Shown here piece by piece: positions 26,679 through 37,200 of a stretch of 61,150 nucleotides of DNA. This DNA comes from a virus (lineage: Duplodnaviria; Caudoviricetes), in the IMG/VR virus record IMGVR_UViG_3300031704_000002, positions 1-61,150 of that record, one strand, 5' to 3'. The position numbers and the translations under genes were made by a program. Below the pieces are notes generated by a model. The model made no database searches. It worked only from the letters and a program-made list of their open reading frames with translations, and was not told where the DNA came from. Position 1 is the stretch's first letter. The number at the start of each line of letters is the position of its first letter.

Positions 26679-27350
26679 TTACTGTCGCTCGGCAGCGATT
26701 GCATTCAGAGCGGTGACAATTGCCATGCTTTCACGATGTTTGTGGTGCTTAGGGTGGCCCCAATGGGCTTTCGCCTCGTCAGGCGTAAAGTCGCGGCACC
26801 CAGCGACAATCGATCCGTCCGATTGCAAGGTGAACATGTACCCATCTGATCGGGTTATGCTTGTAGGCGTAGACGTGTACACCCCGCGCTTGACCAGCGC
26901 ATTGCCGGAGACCCGCGCATCGCCGTAGACAAGCGCATTGCCGTAGACCCGCGCACTGCCGGAGACCCACGCATCGCCGCGGACCCGCGCATCGCCGGAG
27001 ACCAGCGCATTGCCGTAGACCAGCGCATCGCCGCGGACCCGCGCATTGCCGGAGACCCGCGCATCGCCGTAGACAAGCACATTGCCGTAGACCCGCGCAC
27101 TGCCGGAGACCCACGCATCGCCGTAGACCCGCGCATTGCCGTAGACCAGCGCATTGTCGTGTACCAGCGCATCGCCGGAGACCAGCGCATTGCCGTAGAC
27201 CAGCGCATTGCCGTAGACCAGCGCATCTTCTCCAATGTACGCGCTATTATGTACGTTAGCCGTATCAGCCACCCACCCGTTGCCTTTAATATGCCTGTGC
27301 GCAGGAACGGGGCCGTTGCCGTCTCCGAAATTGTGAGTTTGCTCTTTCAT
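26679..27350 (-). CDS. Hexapeptide-repeat (left-handed beta-helix) protein with C-terminal AGCR domain
   Basis: (A[LRW]V[YSR]G[ND])n 18-bp repeats; C-terminal RSDGYMF...AGCRDFTPDEAKAHW. Confidence 0.85.
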   Translation of the reverse strand: MKEQTHNFGDGNGPVPAHRHIKGNGWVADTANVHNSAYIGEDALVYGNALVYGNALVSGDALVHDNALVYGNARVYGDAWVSGSARVYGNVLVYGDARVSGNARVRGDALVYGNALVSGDARVRGDAWVSGSARVYGNALVYGDARVSGNALVKRGVYTSTPTSITRSDGYMFTLQSDGSIVAGCRDFTPDEAKAHWGHPKHHKHRESMAIVTALNAIAAERQ

Positions 27351-27457
27351 CTGTCTGTCTCCTTGTGTTGATCGTCGCGCTGGCGGTCCATAATCAGGAA
27401 CAGGCGCGTGGCGAAGTCGGACATGGTCTCTCTCCGTTGTTATTTAAATGGACTTAG

Positions 27458-27838
27458 TTATTTCAGCCAAGGCTTGCCGCCGCTAAGGTCGGCACAGTTA
27501 ACAAATATGCCCGTAAAATACGTCTCAGACCCGCTAGAAACGTCAATGGTAGGGAATGCGTTTTTCTCCGCCCACTCCTTTCCTTCATCCGTTTCCAAGA
27601 ACGCGGCCTTCAGTTTGGCTTCCTCCGCTGCGCGCTTCTCTTCTTCTGCACGGTATTTTTCATCGGCGTCAATGGTGTCTTGGTGCATTGCGATATAAAC
27701 GCCGCGGTCGTCCTCGTCCTCAGTATCGTAAAGGAATGTGCCTGTTTTGTGGGTAACTCGGAGCGATCCGCGAATGTCTATCGTCAGACCTGCATCCTCA
27801 AAAAGGCGGACGACATCTGCTTGTGTTAGGTTTTTCAT
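27458..27838 (-). CDS. Hypothetical protein
   Basis: MKNLTQADV start with AAGGA RBS. Confidence 0.55.
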   Translation of the reverse strand: MKNLTQADVVRLFEDAGLTIDIRGSLRVTHKTGTFLYDTEDEDDRGVYIAMHQDTIDADEKYRAEEEKRAAEEAKLKAAFLETDEGKEWAEKNAFPTIDVSSGSETYFTGIFVNCADLSGGKPWLK

Positions 27839-27893
27839 TTGGTTGGTTCCTTTGGTTGATGTGTGGTCCCCGGCGCGTGGCCGGGGGTGGGGG

Positions 27894-28076
27894 TCATGCG
27901 TCAATTTCAACGGCGGTCATGCCGGTGGTGTCGGGGCACTCGTCGCCGTCATCGTCAATGTATGGCGTGCCGTGAAGTGTGGCTGCAACTTCCATTGCAT
28001 CTTGCTCGCTCGTGCCTTCAAACTCACCCCAGAAGATGCCGTTTGCGTAAACGCTGTATTTCAAAATCTGCATGCT
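27894..28076 (-). CDS. Small acidic hypothetical protein in the GC-rich insert
   Basis: GGAG RBS upstream; start codon uncertain. Confidence 0.45.
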   Translation of the reverse strand, partial: SMQILKYSVYANGIFWGEFEGTSEQDAMEVAATLHGTPYIDDDGDECPDTTGMTAVEIDA

Positions 28077-28126
28077 CATCTTGGTCTCTCCAGTTGTGGG
28101 CGTCTGCCCGTTTCCTTGCACCACTA

Positions 28127-28402
28127 TTACCCGTTAATACCGCACGAGTCAAGCAGTAATTTTGCAAAATCGTCGGCTGTGCAACAAAACCCACCGACAC
28201 CGCCGAAGCCCCGAACGGATTGCAGGAAAGCGGCCAGGCGCAGGCCGCGTTTGTCGCCGGGCGTCAGACGCCAGCCGGGCTTTTTGGTTTCGACCGCCGG
28301 GAACACGCCAAGCGTTTTGCCAACGTGTGACGGCTGCACCAACACGGGCAACAGCCCGATCAGATCGGACGACTTCCAGCGCGCATTCAAGGCGGGCGAC
28401 AT
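28127..28402 (-). pseudogene. N-terminally truncated VRR-NUC-like nuclease
   Basis: SSDLIG...F.AVETKKPG...FL..VRGFGGVGGF resembles the PD-(D/E)xK VRR-NUC C-terminal half. Confidence 0.6.
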
Positions 28403-28420
28403 CTGCTTGTGTTAGGTTTT

Positions 28421-28780
28421 TCATTTAGGTTTTCCTTTGCTATAATAGTATTCTTCTAGAGCATTTGCAATCTCACTAAAGGATTTACCTTTGTCATTCA
28501 TTTCTGTAGCAATTCTTGATATTTTTGAGTCTTGGGTGAATTTCATTATGTGGTCATAGGTTATCTCGTGTCCTTCAAAAGTAAAACCACTTTTATTAAG
28601 ACTCTCAACTTCCATAGGGCCGAGATGAAACAAATCATTAAGTACACCAAGGCAGCAATAACCTGTCTTACCAAACTCTGAAACACCCATAAGTGTCCCT
28701 TGTATTTGCTGGTACTTACCACTGCGGAGTGCGGCCATCCATTGATTAAATTCCTTATCAGTTATTTTAGCAATTGTCAT
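28421..28780 (-). CDS. Conserved phage hypothetical protein
   Basis: W..ALRSGKY.Q..G.L....YCCLGVL...MND.G.SF.EIA motif. Confidence 0.7.
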   Translation of the reverse strand: MTIAKITDKEFNQWMAALRSGKYQQIQGTLMGVSEFGKTGYCCLGVLNDLFHLGPMEVESLNKSGFTFEGHEITYDHIMKFTQDSKISRIATEMNDKGKSFSEIANALEEYYYSKGKPK

Positions 28781-29126
28781 AGTTTTTCACCTTACTGTAA
28801 TCCACCCTAGGGCAGAAATTGTATTTGATAGACCGGTACTTTGTATTGATAAGGCCGGGCGGTTTGGCCACGTAGTTTTGTCTCCTTTTCTCAAAAATTT
28901 CTTCATAGCCTTTAACAAATAGCCAAGATTTTTTGTTAGGTTTGTAAGATTCAATCACAGTTGTTTCCTCTCGAAACTATCGCATACCACTTGTTATCTC
29001 TCGGAGACATATATGGTTTGCGGGTTATAGTATCGTAGCCTTGCGCAGGATACTTTCTCAGGTAGTTAGAAGACGCCACAAGGGCGTCCTCCTTTGTCTT
29101 AAATGGACCAAGATCCTCATACACCA

Positions 29127-29369
29127 TTACACAGCCACGCTTTGGGACTTCTGGTGATTCTTCTTGTTGTTAGCATGGACTTCATTGGGGGTTGCAGTAA
29201 CCCAATTCCGCTTACCATGCCGATCAACTTCAGAACGAATGTTAGGCGATCGACGACGACCAGACTTAGCCGGAAGCCCGGCTTTCTGCCTAGCGTTAAT
29301 TCCAAGAGCACTCTTGTGGCTGCTCTGACGTGCCTTTGCTTTACCAATTCCAGATTTTCCACCAGCCAT
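29127..29369 (-). CDS. Small basic hypothetical protein
   Basis: AGGAG RBS; K/R-rich. Confidence 0.5.
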   Translation of the reverse strand: MAGGKSGIGKAKARQSSHKSALGINARQKAGLPAKSGRRRSPNIRSEVDRHGKRNWVTATPNEVHANNKKNHQKSQSVAV

Positions 29370-29393
29370 TGATTTTCTCCTTATCCTATGTGT

Positions 29394-29792
29394 TTAGATT
29401 ACGTCCAGATCCACCCAGCTTGCTGTGAAGACCATGTTAGGGAGAGGACCTCCTTGATCTATGATAAGCTGCATGATGTCCTCTCGATTATGGCCAGCCA
29501 GACCACAACCAATCGGTGTGATAACAAACAAGAGACCGGGGCGAGCCTCAGCATACTTGATAAACCTATAGACAAAGTTCTCAATTTTATCGAGAGACAA
29601 AGTCTGCATACTCCCGTCTTTAGTAGGGATAGCATAGCACCGGCCAGTACGGCCAGTCCCTACACCCCAAGCTGCTCCAAGGCTTTTATGTGCGTAGGAA
29701 GCCGCCCCTGCACCATGATAACCAGCGAGGTTAGAACCAAAAACAAAGCATAGGTTGCTCACAAGATCCCAGTTATAAGTCATATAAGCCAT
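29394..29792 (-). CDS. Macro-like (FVFGSN family) phage protein
   Basis: FVFGSNLAGYHGAGAA...YAIPTK...ITPIGCGLAG. Confidence 0.8.
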   Translation of the reverse strand: MAYMTYNWDLVSNLCFVFGSNLAGYHGAGAASYAHKSLGAAWGVGTGRTGRCYAIPTKDGSMQTLSLDKIENFVYRFIKYAEARPGLLFVITPIGCGLAGHNREDIMQLIIDQGGPLPNMVFTASWVDLDVI

Positions 29793-29935
29793 AAGTTAGT
29801 AACCTTTCATTTCTTCTTTTAACGCTTCGACAGCATGGATCATGTTAGCCTCTTGGCATTCTTTGATGCGCCTAAGACATTCTTCTTTGGTGAGTCGGCT
29901 ACCACCCACCGGCTTAATCCTATCTAGATCAATCT

Positions 29936-30130
29936 TCATAGTTTTGCCCTTGTTTTTCGTTGTTTTTTCTGCTCGTCCTTGACTAGGTTTTCAAGGTGAA
30001 AGTTACAGGAACAACAAAGATCTGTCCAATTTAAAGCCACCCAACCTGCCAGATCGCACCCTACCATAGGTCTCTCCATTTTAATATTACACCTATCACA
30101 AATGTAATACTCTTCTGTCTTTTTCACCAT
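29936..30130 (-). CDS. Small Zn-finger-like protein
   Basis: CDRC...CCSC. Confidence 0.5.
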   Translation of the reverse strand: MVKKTEEYYICDRCNIKMERPMVGCDLAGWVALNWTDLCCSCNFHLENLVKDEQKKQRKTRAKL

Positions 30131-30514
30131 TGTTATGGCTTCCTTCTGTTGATTTAGTATACAGTATAGTCAGTAGTAGTTGTCAAATGCAGCTTCTGCA
30201 GCCTCTTCTCTTGCTTCTCTGAGTTCTTGCTTGAGGTCTCTTATATACTCATTAAACTCTTCCTGAGTTATAAGGCCATCCTCAAGCTCTTGTTCAAGTT
30301 CTAGTTCGGCTTTATCACACCAGTGCATTGTTTTTTTTCCTTGCTTACTATAGTTGCAAAACCTTTTTGATCCCACGCGAGTTTTACCCCGCGTGAAATC
30401 AGTTCCTGTTTGTAGGAGTTAAACATAGTGTTGTAATGTCTAGCAGCGCCAAGCGCATGTAAACTAAGATACGCATCAGAGTTTCTAGCGCTCCTATTCA
30501 TCAGACTAAGAAGA

Positions 30515-30937
30515 TCAAAGTTCGGCAAGTTGCTTTCGGATTTCATCTTCGGAAAGACCTTCCAGTTTGTTTTCTTGTTTCTTATCAAGGATCTCAAGAA
30601 GCTTCTGACGCTTTTCAGCTTTAGCGCGGGCATCTTGACGAGCAGCGTTTTCGTCTTGCTTATCAGCAATTACGTCTTTAACAAGCTCAAGCTGATCTTT
30701 CCAACGAGTCAACTGGGGGTTAGACCCAGTATCAACGAAGGTCTCTTCTCCCGTTTCACGAATCTGACGAGAAAGATCAATTGCCACCTTATTAAGGCAA
30801 GCAGCACCTGTTTGAGAAGTCAGAGCCAACTTGAACAGATCCTCGACGGTCATCTGGCCCTTAGTGGAGTTGAAGCGCCAGTTTTCTTTTGCAGCACGTT
30901 TGTAGAGATTAGTCATGGTTTTGATTCCTTTATCCAA
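30515..30937 (-). CDS. Conserved phage coiled-coil protein
   Basis: RFNSTKGQMTVEDLF motif; coupled to the 730-aa gene. Confidence 0.7.
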   Translation of the reverse strand: MDKGIKTMTNLYKRAAKENWRFNSTKGQMTVEDLFKLALTSQTGAACLNKVAIDLSRQIRETGEETFVDTGSNPQLTRWKDQLELVKDVIADKQDENAARQDARAKAEKRQKLLEILDKKQENKLEGLSEDEIRKQLAEL

Positions 30938-33122
30938 AGTTTACGTTGTAAGCGGTTTTCTTACCTTTGTTGTCTGTTACCAAAAGTTCGATTTCGGCTT
31001 TTTTGGTATGAGAAAATCCAACACCAGAAAGCTGGTCGGGATCAAGCTTGCACTTAGTCTTGTTTCCAAGTACTTCAAACACCTTACGGTGCTTATAAAG
31101 CGCTGGACTTAGAAACTCATTAAAGATACCACGAGGTTCCTCATCAATCTCACACCCGTCGAGGATGAAAAAGGTGTGTTTATTACCAGCCTTATTATTA
31201 CCCCAGTAGTTAGGTGAGTTCATGATAGTACGAACCGTTGCTAGGTTGTTTGTATCTACTCCCCAAATATCTTTAGAAGACTGGGAAGAGCAAGGGATCT
31301 TGTGAGCGATAGAGAACACACCATTTTCTAGGGTTACCTCAGCAACAAGAACCCATTCTTTGTGACCAAGTTTTTTAGGATAGTCATATTCAAAGACCTG
31401 ACCATCAAACTCAATCTCGGCTTTGAAGCCACCTTCTGTAGGAGAACGAAGTTTCCAGTTATGAATGGCACAACGATATATACCATCCGACATTTTACTA
31501 CGAGACGGGTAAGTAATGTTCTCAACTGGTACATTGCCACTTGGCGCAGCTGAAGTGTAATCTACGTCTTGAACTCCTCCTGTTTGCGAATGTTGACGTT
31601 TGTTCCAGCCTACTCGCTGTTCGTTGTTACCATACTTGTCACCAACTTCAAAAGCCCTCTTGCTATTTCCGGGGTGGAAAACATGAAGATCCATAAGGGA
31701 GGCATTACGCCGACCCTCGTGGTTCCAAGAGTGAGAGAACCGGAAGTCACCATTAACCGAACCCCCTCGTGCAGCAACCTCACGGCGGAGATCAGAATCA
31801 GTGATACCACCGTTGTAGGCCCAACCAAAGTCATTGTTCCAGCTAAAGAGACCACCGGAGTCACCGTGTTTGGGAGCGGTAACTGTCATGAAGTTAGCCG
31901 TATGATCGTTACGAACCAAGGCTTCAATCTTATTGGCCTGAGGAACAACATGTTCAATGAAGTCCTCTGCTGGAATCGGCTTAGCGTTCTTGATGCTAAA
32001 GTCTGTCTTTTTAACTTCAGAAGAAAGCAAATCATTAATCACAGAACCACCGATCATCTGTTTACCAGTGTCCCGGTCAACAAACAAAACGTCGTTAACG
32101 TCCATATCTGAAGCACGAGCAAGCCTACGATCAACAGCGTGTTCCATGTTAAGCTCTTTAAGAGTCTTAACAGCATCATCAACCATACGTTGGGTGATCA
32201 AAGCTTTAGGACGCTTGTAGTTTTGAGGAGCAACTTTACTTTCAAAAGACTTTACCGCTGATTCAACCTCTTTACCCTTGGACAAGTCTGTAACAAGAGT
32301 ACCAATTGAGGTATTTCGGAAGGAAGCGAGGCCGGGGTTTGTTGCTGCTACATGCCACAGGAAACTATCCTTTTGTGAAGAAACTAGCTTATTCTTAAAA
32401 TCTTTTTTTGCCTTGAGCATGTCATTAACTTTTTTCTTATGCTCTTGACCTCGGTAGAGACTGTTTTCGTCAATCAAATCCTTTACTGTTTCAAGAGCAT
32501 CAATGGTGAATTCGTCCATTGATCGTTTAAAAACCCCATAAAGAGATTTGACTTTCCCCTGTGGATCCCCCGGAGACTTATGGTAATGGGCCTTGTCGAT
32601 GCTAGCGTGAAAATGGTAGAAGGTTTCCACGTTACCATCCGGATCAAGGTTCTTGTTAGAGGGCACCGACACCTTCCATTCAGAGGATCGGAAGATAGAT
32701 TTGATCGGCGTGGACTTTACAATACTCCTCATTGCCTTCGCTATTCTGTTGTAAGGCTCTGGAAGGTTACTACAGTTATCCCATACAGTAGTTTTCTCAA
32801 AAGTCTTCGGATCAATGGATATGACGCCGCCAACTCGACGAATAAATTGTTTATCATATGAACCATCGTGGAACGTACGTGTACGGAAGATGGGGTTTTC
32901 CTTCCCGGTAAACGCGTCGAGGTAAAAGTCAAAGAAATCTTTTTCTTCATACTTGTCTTTGATTGGTCCGAGGTCATAGGCTGGACGCCCGTAGTCGTTC
33001 TTGGCGTACACCTCTTTTTCACCAAAGTCCTGAAGTTCTAGGTCAACAACGAATAGTTCACCTTTAGACATTTTGTCGAAGCTCTTGTTTACTGTGTTAG
33101 CAAAAAGTTTGAAGTTTGTCAT
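30930..33122 (-). CDS. Large conserved phage protein of unknown function (730 aa)
   Basis: Long ORF; DLHVFHP...DVDYT...ENI segment reminiscent of YfaP/DUF2135; SPNYW..GNKH.FFIL motif. Confidence 0.75.
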   Translation of the reverse strand: MTNFKLFANTVNKSFDKMSKGELFVVDLELQDFGEKEVYAKNDYGRPAYDLGPIKDKYEEKDFFDFYLDAFTGKENPIFRTRTFHDGSYDKQFIRRVGGVISIDPKTFEKTTVWDNCSNLPEPYNRIAKAMRSIVKSTPIKSIFRSSEWKVSVPSNKNLDPDGNVETFYHFHASIDKAHYHKSPGDPQGKVKSLYGVFKRSMDEFTIDALETVKDLIDENSLYRGQEHKKKVNDMLKAKKDFKNKLVSSQKDSFLWHVAATNPGLASFRNTSIGTLVTDLSKGKEVESAVKSFESKVAPQNYKRPKALITQRMVDDAVKTLKELNMEHAVDRRLARASDMDVNDVLFVDRDTGKQMIGGSVINDLLSSEVKKTDFSIKNAKPIPAEDFIEHVVPQANKIEALVRNDHTANFMTVTAPKHGDSGGLFSWNNDFGWAYNGGITDSDLRREVAARGGSVNGDFRFSHSWNHEGRRNASLMDLHVFHPGNSKRAFEVGDKYGNNEQRVGWNKRQHSQTGGVQDVDYTSAAPSGNVPVENITYPSRSKMSDGIYRCAIHNWKLRSPTEGGFKAEIEFDGQVFEYDYPKKLGHKEWVLVAEVTLENGVFSIAHKIPCSSQSSKDIWGVDTNNLATVRTIMNSPNYWGNNKAGNKHTFFILDGCEIDEEPRGIFNEFLSPALYKHRKVFEVLGNKTKCKLDPDQLSGVGFSHTKKAEIELLVTDNKGKKTAYNVNFG

Positions 33123-33221
33123 TTGGTCTGGTCCTTTATAGGAGTTCAGTTTACAGGTTTGGTTTTGTAGGCCACCCCTCAGAAAGAGGGATGACCAATG
33201 TTTTATTACCAGTTCCGACGA

Positions 33222-34016
33222 TTAGACTCGGAACGCCCGATGACTCGGGGCCTGATCGTAATCACGATCATAAACGACCCTTGTAGAGCGTTCTTCAAGA
33301 CTATTAGGCTCAACTTCTTCAAGAACCTCGTACCGGCAGCAACGCATCTTGGCATTGTCGTAATCCGGCGGCACAGCAACCACGTCTGCCGGGTTTACCT
33401 TAACTGCAACAGTACGACTACCGTTAGAGTAGAAATGACTCAGGTAAGAGGTAGCTGCAACGTGGAGACCCTGCGAGCAGGTGTTATTGATGTTGTCATC
33501 AACCTGATGTCGAGAAACTTCGCACACCTTACCCGGACTATTGTCAAATGTATTTGAGTGGATGTCACGGTAGTTCTCGCGAACGTTCTTAAAGGCCACA
33601 AAGTGCCCATCTTCTGTGATAGGAGCCATCCAGTGCTCAAGGAATGCAAACAGAGACTGACGAGAGTTGTAGCTAGGATTCTGGTCAATGTTGCGAAGGA
33701 AGTTAGCCAAGGGCTCAATGTCAGCGTCTTCGTCAGCAAGATCAAGCATCTTATCTACGAGAACACCATGAAGCTCTTCACCCTTGTAGGTGATAGTTTG
33801 TGCTTCAAGGTCGACAATAACGTCAGAACCTTCTGCAAACTTAGACATTGCAAGACCACGGTCAATCAGACTGGTGATAAGTTCAGGGTCATGAGGCTCG
33901 TAAAGAAGGTGTTCACAAAGCTTATCAAAGTTCTTTGAGTCACTTGGGATGTTATGCGACTTGCCGTTAAAGAAGATAGAGATTGCTTTCGGGGTGTAGG
34001 TATAGGGGTATTGCAT
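33222..34016 (-). CDS. rIIB: rIIB-like protein
   Basis: PITEDGHFVAFK, VDDN...TCSQGLHV, VKVNPADVVAVPPDY..KMRCCRYEV. Confidence 0.88.
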   Translation of the reverse strand: MQYPYTYTPKAISIFFNGKSHNIPSDSKNFDKLCEHLLYEPHDPELITSLIDRGLAMSKFAEGSDVIVDLEAQTITYKGEELHGVLVDKMLDLADEDADIEPLANFLRNIDQNPSYNSRQSLFAFLEHWMAPITEDGHFVAFKNVRENYRDIHSNTFDNSPGKVCEVSRHQVDDNINNTCSQGLHVAATSYLSHFYSNGSRTVAVKVNPADVVAVPPDYDNAKMRCCRYEVLEEVEPNSLEERSTRVVYDRDYDQAPSHRAFRV

Positions 34017-36220
34017 TAAAACTTTCCTTTTTGGTTCATGACTAGGTCTTCATACTGCTTAACAGTATCTTTATTCCATCCGTTCAGTTTAGATAGGAGT
34101 GGAAACAGGGAAGATCGTTCTTTCGAGATTGCCTCAATGATACGATCGTAAGAAACAAGATGTCCTGACTCTTTAACATCAGCCCTAACTGAGTTAATTT
34201 TGTGTAGATCATCCCTCGTTATAGATGCGGTAATTTTCTCAAGTTTTTCATAGATTGGCCTTATAGCATTTATATGCCTGCTTGGCCAAAACGGAAGTGT
34301 GTAAGAATTGTAAGAGGAATTTATGATATTACTAATACGATTTTTTGCAGTTATGCAATGCCTCAGATTAACAAGACGTTTGTATTCTCCACTATTAATT
34401 ACCTCTTTAGCAGTGACATCAAGATTAATCCAATCTGGGTCTTTATCAAATCGACTCCACATAGTTTTAGGAACAATAACAACTTTATCATCAGGACTTA
34501 GCCCAAGAATACTTTTCCAGTTAGGGAGAAGAAAATTTTCCTTGAAAGCCCCGTCTTGGATATCGTTTCTAAACATGCGAAGATAGTAACCACCCTCATC
34601 AAATTCTTCAGGTTCAAGTGTAGTATCGTAACCACGGAAGCTGCCATTCCCTTTCAGTTCCCTGAGTTTTACACGAGACCTCCCCTTTTTAGGATGGGTG
34701 TAGTCTATTTCGTGGGTAAAAATAGTTCCCCTATTCTCTTTTGCACGCCTAGACTTATAGGTCTTTATCTGATCCAGAGCTTCTTTCTCGTTGTCGTCCG
34801 TTATTTCAACATAGGAAGCTCGACTAAAACCTTTTTCCGTTAGGTACTTATGTACACGTCTGGCATTATGCTTTGCTTGGGGCGCTCCCTTCCTTTGATC
34901 GGATATAATAAGAATTGGATCTGTGGTAAGCCGGTAAATTGAATCAGTAAAATGATTTGTTTTAGTAATTTTTGCGTTGGCTGTGGCTTTATGATCTATC
35001 CAAGCAAAAGAAAATTGGTCTAGCTCGGTTAGAATATGGGAATTGAGTAATTTGCCCCAAACAGAAGTAAACCTACCTTCTTTGTAAACAGTAGCATTCC
35101 CATATTGCGGTTTCTTTGGGTCATATTTTTCTAGGTTTGAGTTAGTACTAAATTTTACTATTGAACTGGCAGAAGTGAAGTATTGTTGCTTAAAATAGTT
35201 ATGTGAAACTCTACTCCGAAAGTATTTGTTAGCTTCTTCAAGCGTTTTAAATTTGTTTACTACTTCAAGAGTATCCTCTAAGATTACATCTGATACTTCA
35301 TTAATTCTCTTTTTAATAGAGTCAGCAGTAGGTTCATCTTTACCGAAAGATAGCTCCTCCCGAGACAGAGTTATCTCAAGTTCCCCCATTTCAAAGGGTA
35401 GGACAATAATGTCATCACGACCACAAAGTTTTGTTAGAGTAATAATTTCGGAAGAAGAAACATAATCGTTAGGCTTGATAGGATAAAGAACGGTACCCAT
35501 TTTAGCAAAAACAATGGTTTCGTTATACCCTATCCCTACGGGGCTTCCGTTTTTATCACAGAAATTGCCTATCTTGTAAAGACCTTTTTTATCAATGTCA
35601 TATTTGATACGCTTTTTAGGCTCAAACCCCTCTGGGATAGGGTCATAGGCGAGAGAAACCCACTCAGCAGCATCCCGGAAAGACTGAACGTCTCTAGCAT
35701 CAACAGGGAAAGTTACCTCTAGACCAGTTTCATCATTAGAGTCTTCCTCGTGCATCAAGTTAATGGTTGGTACACCGTCTCGACCAATTACTGCTGAATA
35801 GACCCTACGCTTTCCATCATGCCAAGATGTAACCCCGTATGTGTCAGTGTAGGAGAAAGGCGATTTAGAACCAAGACCCCACTTGCCCGTTTGAGAGTTT
35901 GTATCCTCTTTTGTAGATTGGAACACAGTTGTATACAGTCCCATGACATCTTCATGAGACAATCCATAGCCATAATCACGCACCCTAAACTCGTTGTTGA
36001 ACAAACTAGGAAACGTAACAGAAAAGGGGCGGTCCTTGTTACCACGTTCTGTATGAGCGTCGTAAGCGTTAGACCAGATCTCCCTAGTAATTGATTCCGC
36101 CTTGCGGGAGTATAGACCGTCAATAAGAGCCTTAAAGGCCTTTGCATTCTCAGCAATTTTGAAACGACCTTCTTGAGACACGCTCGTACGTACATCACGT
36201 TCTTCTTGCATCAACTTCAT
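34016..36220 (-). CDS. rIIA: rIIA-like protein (N-terminal GHKL/HSP90-like ATPase)
   Basis: LYS....REIWSNAYDAH, VRDYGYGLS, STK, G.WGLGSKSPFSY; adjacent to rIIB. Confidence 0.88.
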   Translation of the reverse strand: MKLMQEERDVRTSVSQEGRFKIAENAKAFKALIDGLYSRKAESITREIWSNAYDAHTERGNKDRPFSVTFPSLFNNEFRVRDYGYGLSHEDVMGLYTTVFQSTKEDTNSQTGKWGLGSKSPFSYTDTYGVTSWHDGKRRVYSAVIGRDGVPTINLMHEEDSNDETGLEVTFPVDARDVQSFRDAAEWVSLAYDPIPEGFEPKKRIKYDIDKKGLYKIGNFCDKNGSPVGIGYNETIVFAKMGTVLYPIKPNDYVSSSEIITLTKLCGRDDIIVLPFEMGELEITLSREELSFGKDEPTADSIKKRINEVSDVILEDTLEVVNKFKTLEEANKYFRSRVSHNYFKQQYFTSASSIVKFSTNSNLEKYDPKKPQYGNATVYKEGRFTSVWGKLLNSHILTELDQFSFAWIDHKATANAKITKTNHFTDSIYRLTTDPILIISDQRKGAPQAKHNARRVHKYLTEKGFSRASYVEITDDNEKEALDQIKTYKSRRAKENRGTIFTHEIDYTHPKKGRSRVKLRELKGNGSFRGYDTTLEPEEFDEGGYYLRMFRNDIQDGAFKENFLLPNWKSILGLSPDDKVVIVPKTMWSRFDKDPDWINLDVTAKEVINSGEYKRLVNLRHCITAKNRISNIINSSYNSYTLPFWPSRHINAIRPIYEKLEKITASITRDDLHKINSVRADVKESGHLVSYDRIIEAISKERSSLFPLLSKLNGWNKDTVKQYEDLVMNQKGKF

Positions 36221-36507
36221 TTTGGATAGATTCCTTCAATTATGATTCGTCTAGCATTTTCTAAAGAGTAAGTCTTGTAGATGAGGAAAATAGAGTCTGC
36301 GTCACCTATACACAACCCTTTAGAATACACCTGAGGAACAGTTCTGTGTTTTGCCACAAAGAGTGGCCGGATAGATGTTGCATTAACTTCAGTAAATTCA
36401 AATTCGAGTTCTCGAAGAATTCTCTTTACATCATTGCAGTGTGGGCAATATTCTTTTTTTGTGAATACTACTAAATCTTCTTTAGAGTAAGATAACAGAT
36501 CTCCCAT
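36217..36507 (-). CDS. Glutaredoxin
   Basis: CPHC, TVPQV, IGD motifs. Confidence 0.88.
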   Translation of the reverse strand: MGDLLSYSKEDLVVFTKKEYCPHCNDVKRILRELEFEFTEVNATSIRPLFVAKHRTVPQVYSKGLCIGDADSIFLIYKTYSLENARRIIIEGIYPK

Positions 36508-36693
36508 CTACAATCCCCCTATAGTCTGATTCAAATTTATTCCATCTCAAATCATACTCTTGACCTTTATATTTCACAGTTATAATGTCAGAGAAGAAGT
36601 ATGACAAATTTCCGCTCATACTTCCCCTAACGAATTCAGCTTTGATAAACTTCCCTTCCCTCTCAACAAGAAGAGTCTCTATATTATCACTCA

Positions 36694-37200
36694 TCAGAAT
36701 TCCTCTGCCACAATAATTTCACTGTAGTGATCCTCATAGTTGTAGTCATTTTTCCGCATCTTCAGAAATTTCTTAACTGAATCAGTTTCACCAAAGATTA
36801 GGATTTCTCCATATCCAATTCCCATTTGTGATGGATGTAAGAACTCTACACGATCCAGAGTATTAGACAAACCGTGAATCGTCCTATTCATAACTGTTGA
36901 TTGGTTATCATCAGGATCAGTAAATAGAATAAGAGAGTTAGAAGAGAGAGAAGTTACCAGTTTGGGAAGAAGAAGAAGAGTGATTGGGTCACACATATAG
37001 ACTTCGACTGTAAGATCCTCTTTACGCCCGGCCAAACTTTTGATGACGTCTTGGACAATTCGTTCATTGTCTCGTTTCAATACCATTTTTCTCCTTGCTG
37101 TTTTTCTTTGAGGGATCTTTGGATCTTCATCCCCTTTCTTTGGCCGTCCCGGTTTACGCTTGACTTTACTTGTCGCAGGCCCCTTTGTTTCGTTTTCCAT
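36694..37200 (-). CDS. Hypothetical protein with AT-hook-like motif
   Basis: KRKPGRPKK. Confidence 0.55.
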   Translation of the reverse strand: MENETKGPATSKVKRKPGRPKKGDEDPKIPQRKTARRKMVLKRDNERIVQDVIKSLAGRKEDLTVEVYMCDPITLLLLPKLVTSLSSNSLILFTDPDDNQSTVMNRTIHGLSNTLDRVEFLHPSQMGIGYGEILIFGETDSVKKFLKMRKNDYNYEDHYSEIIVAEEF

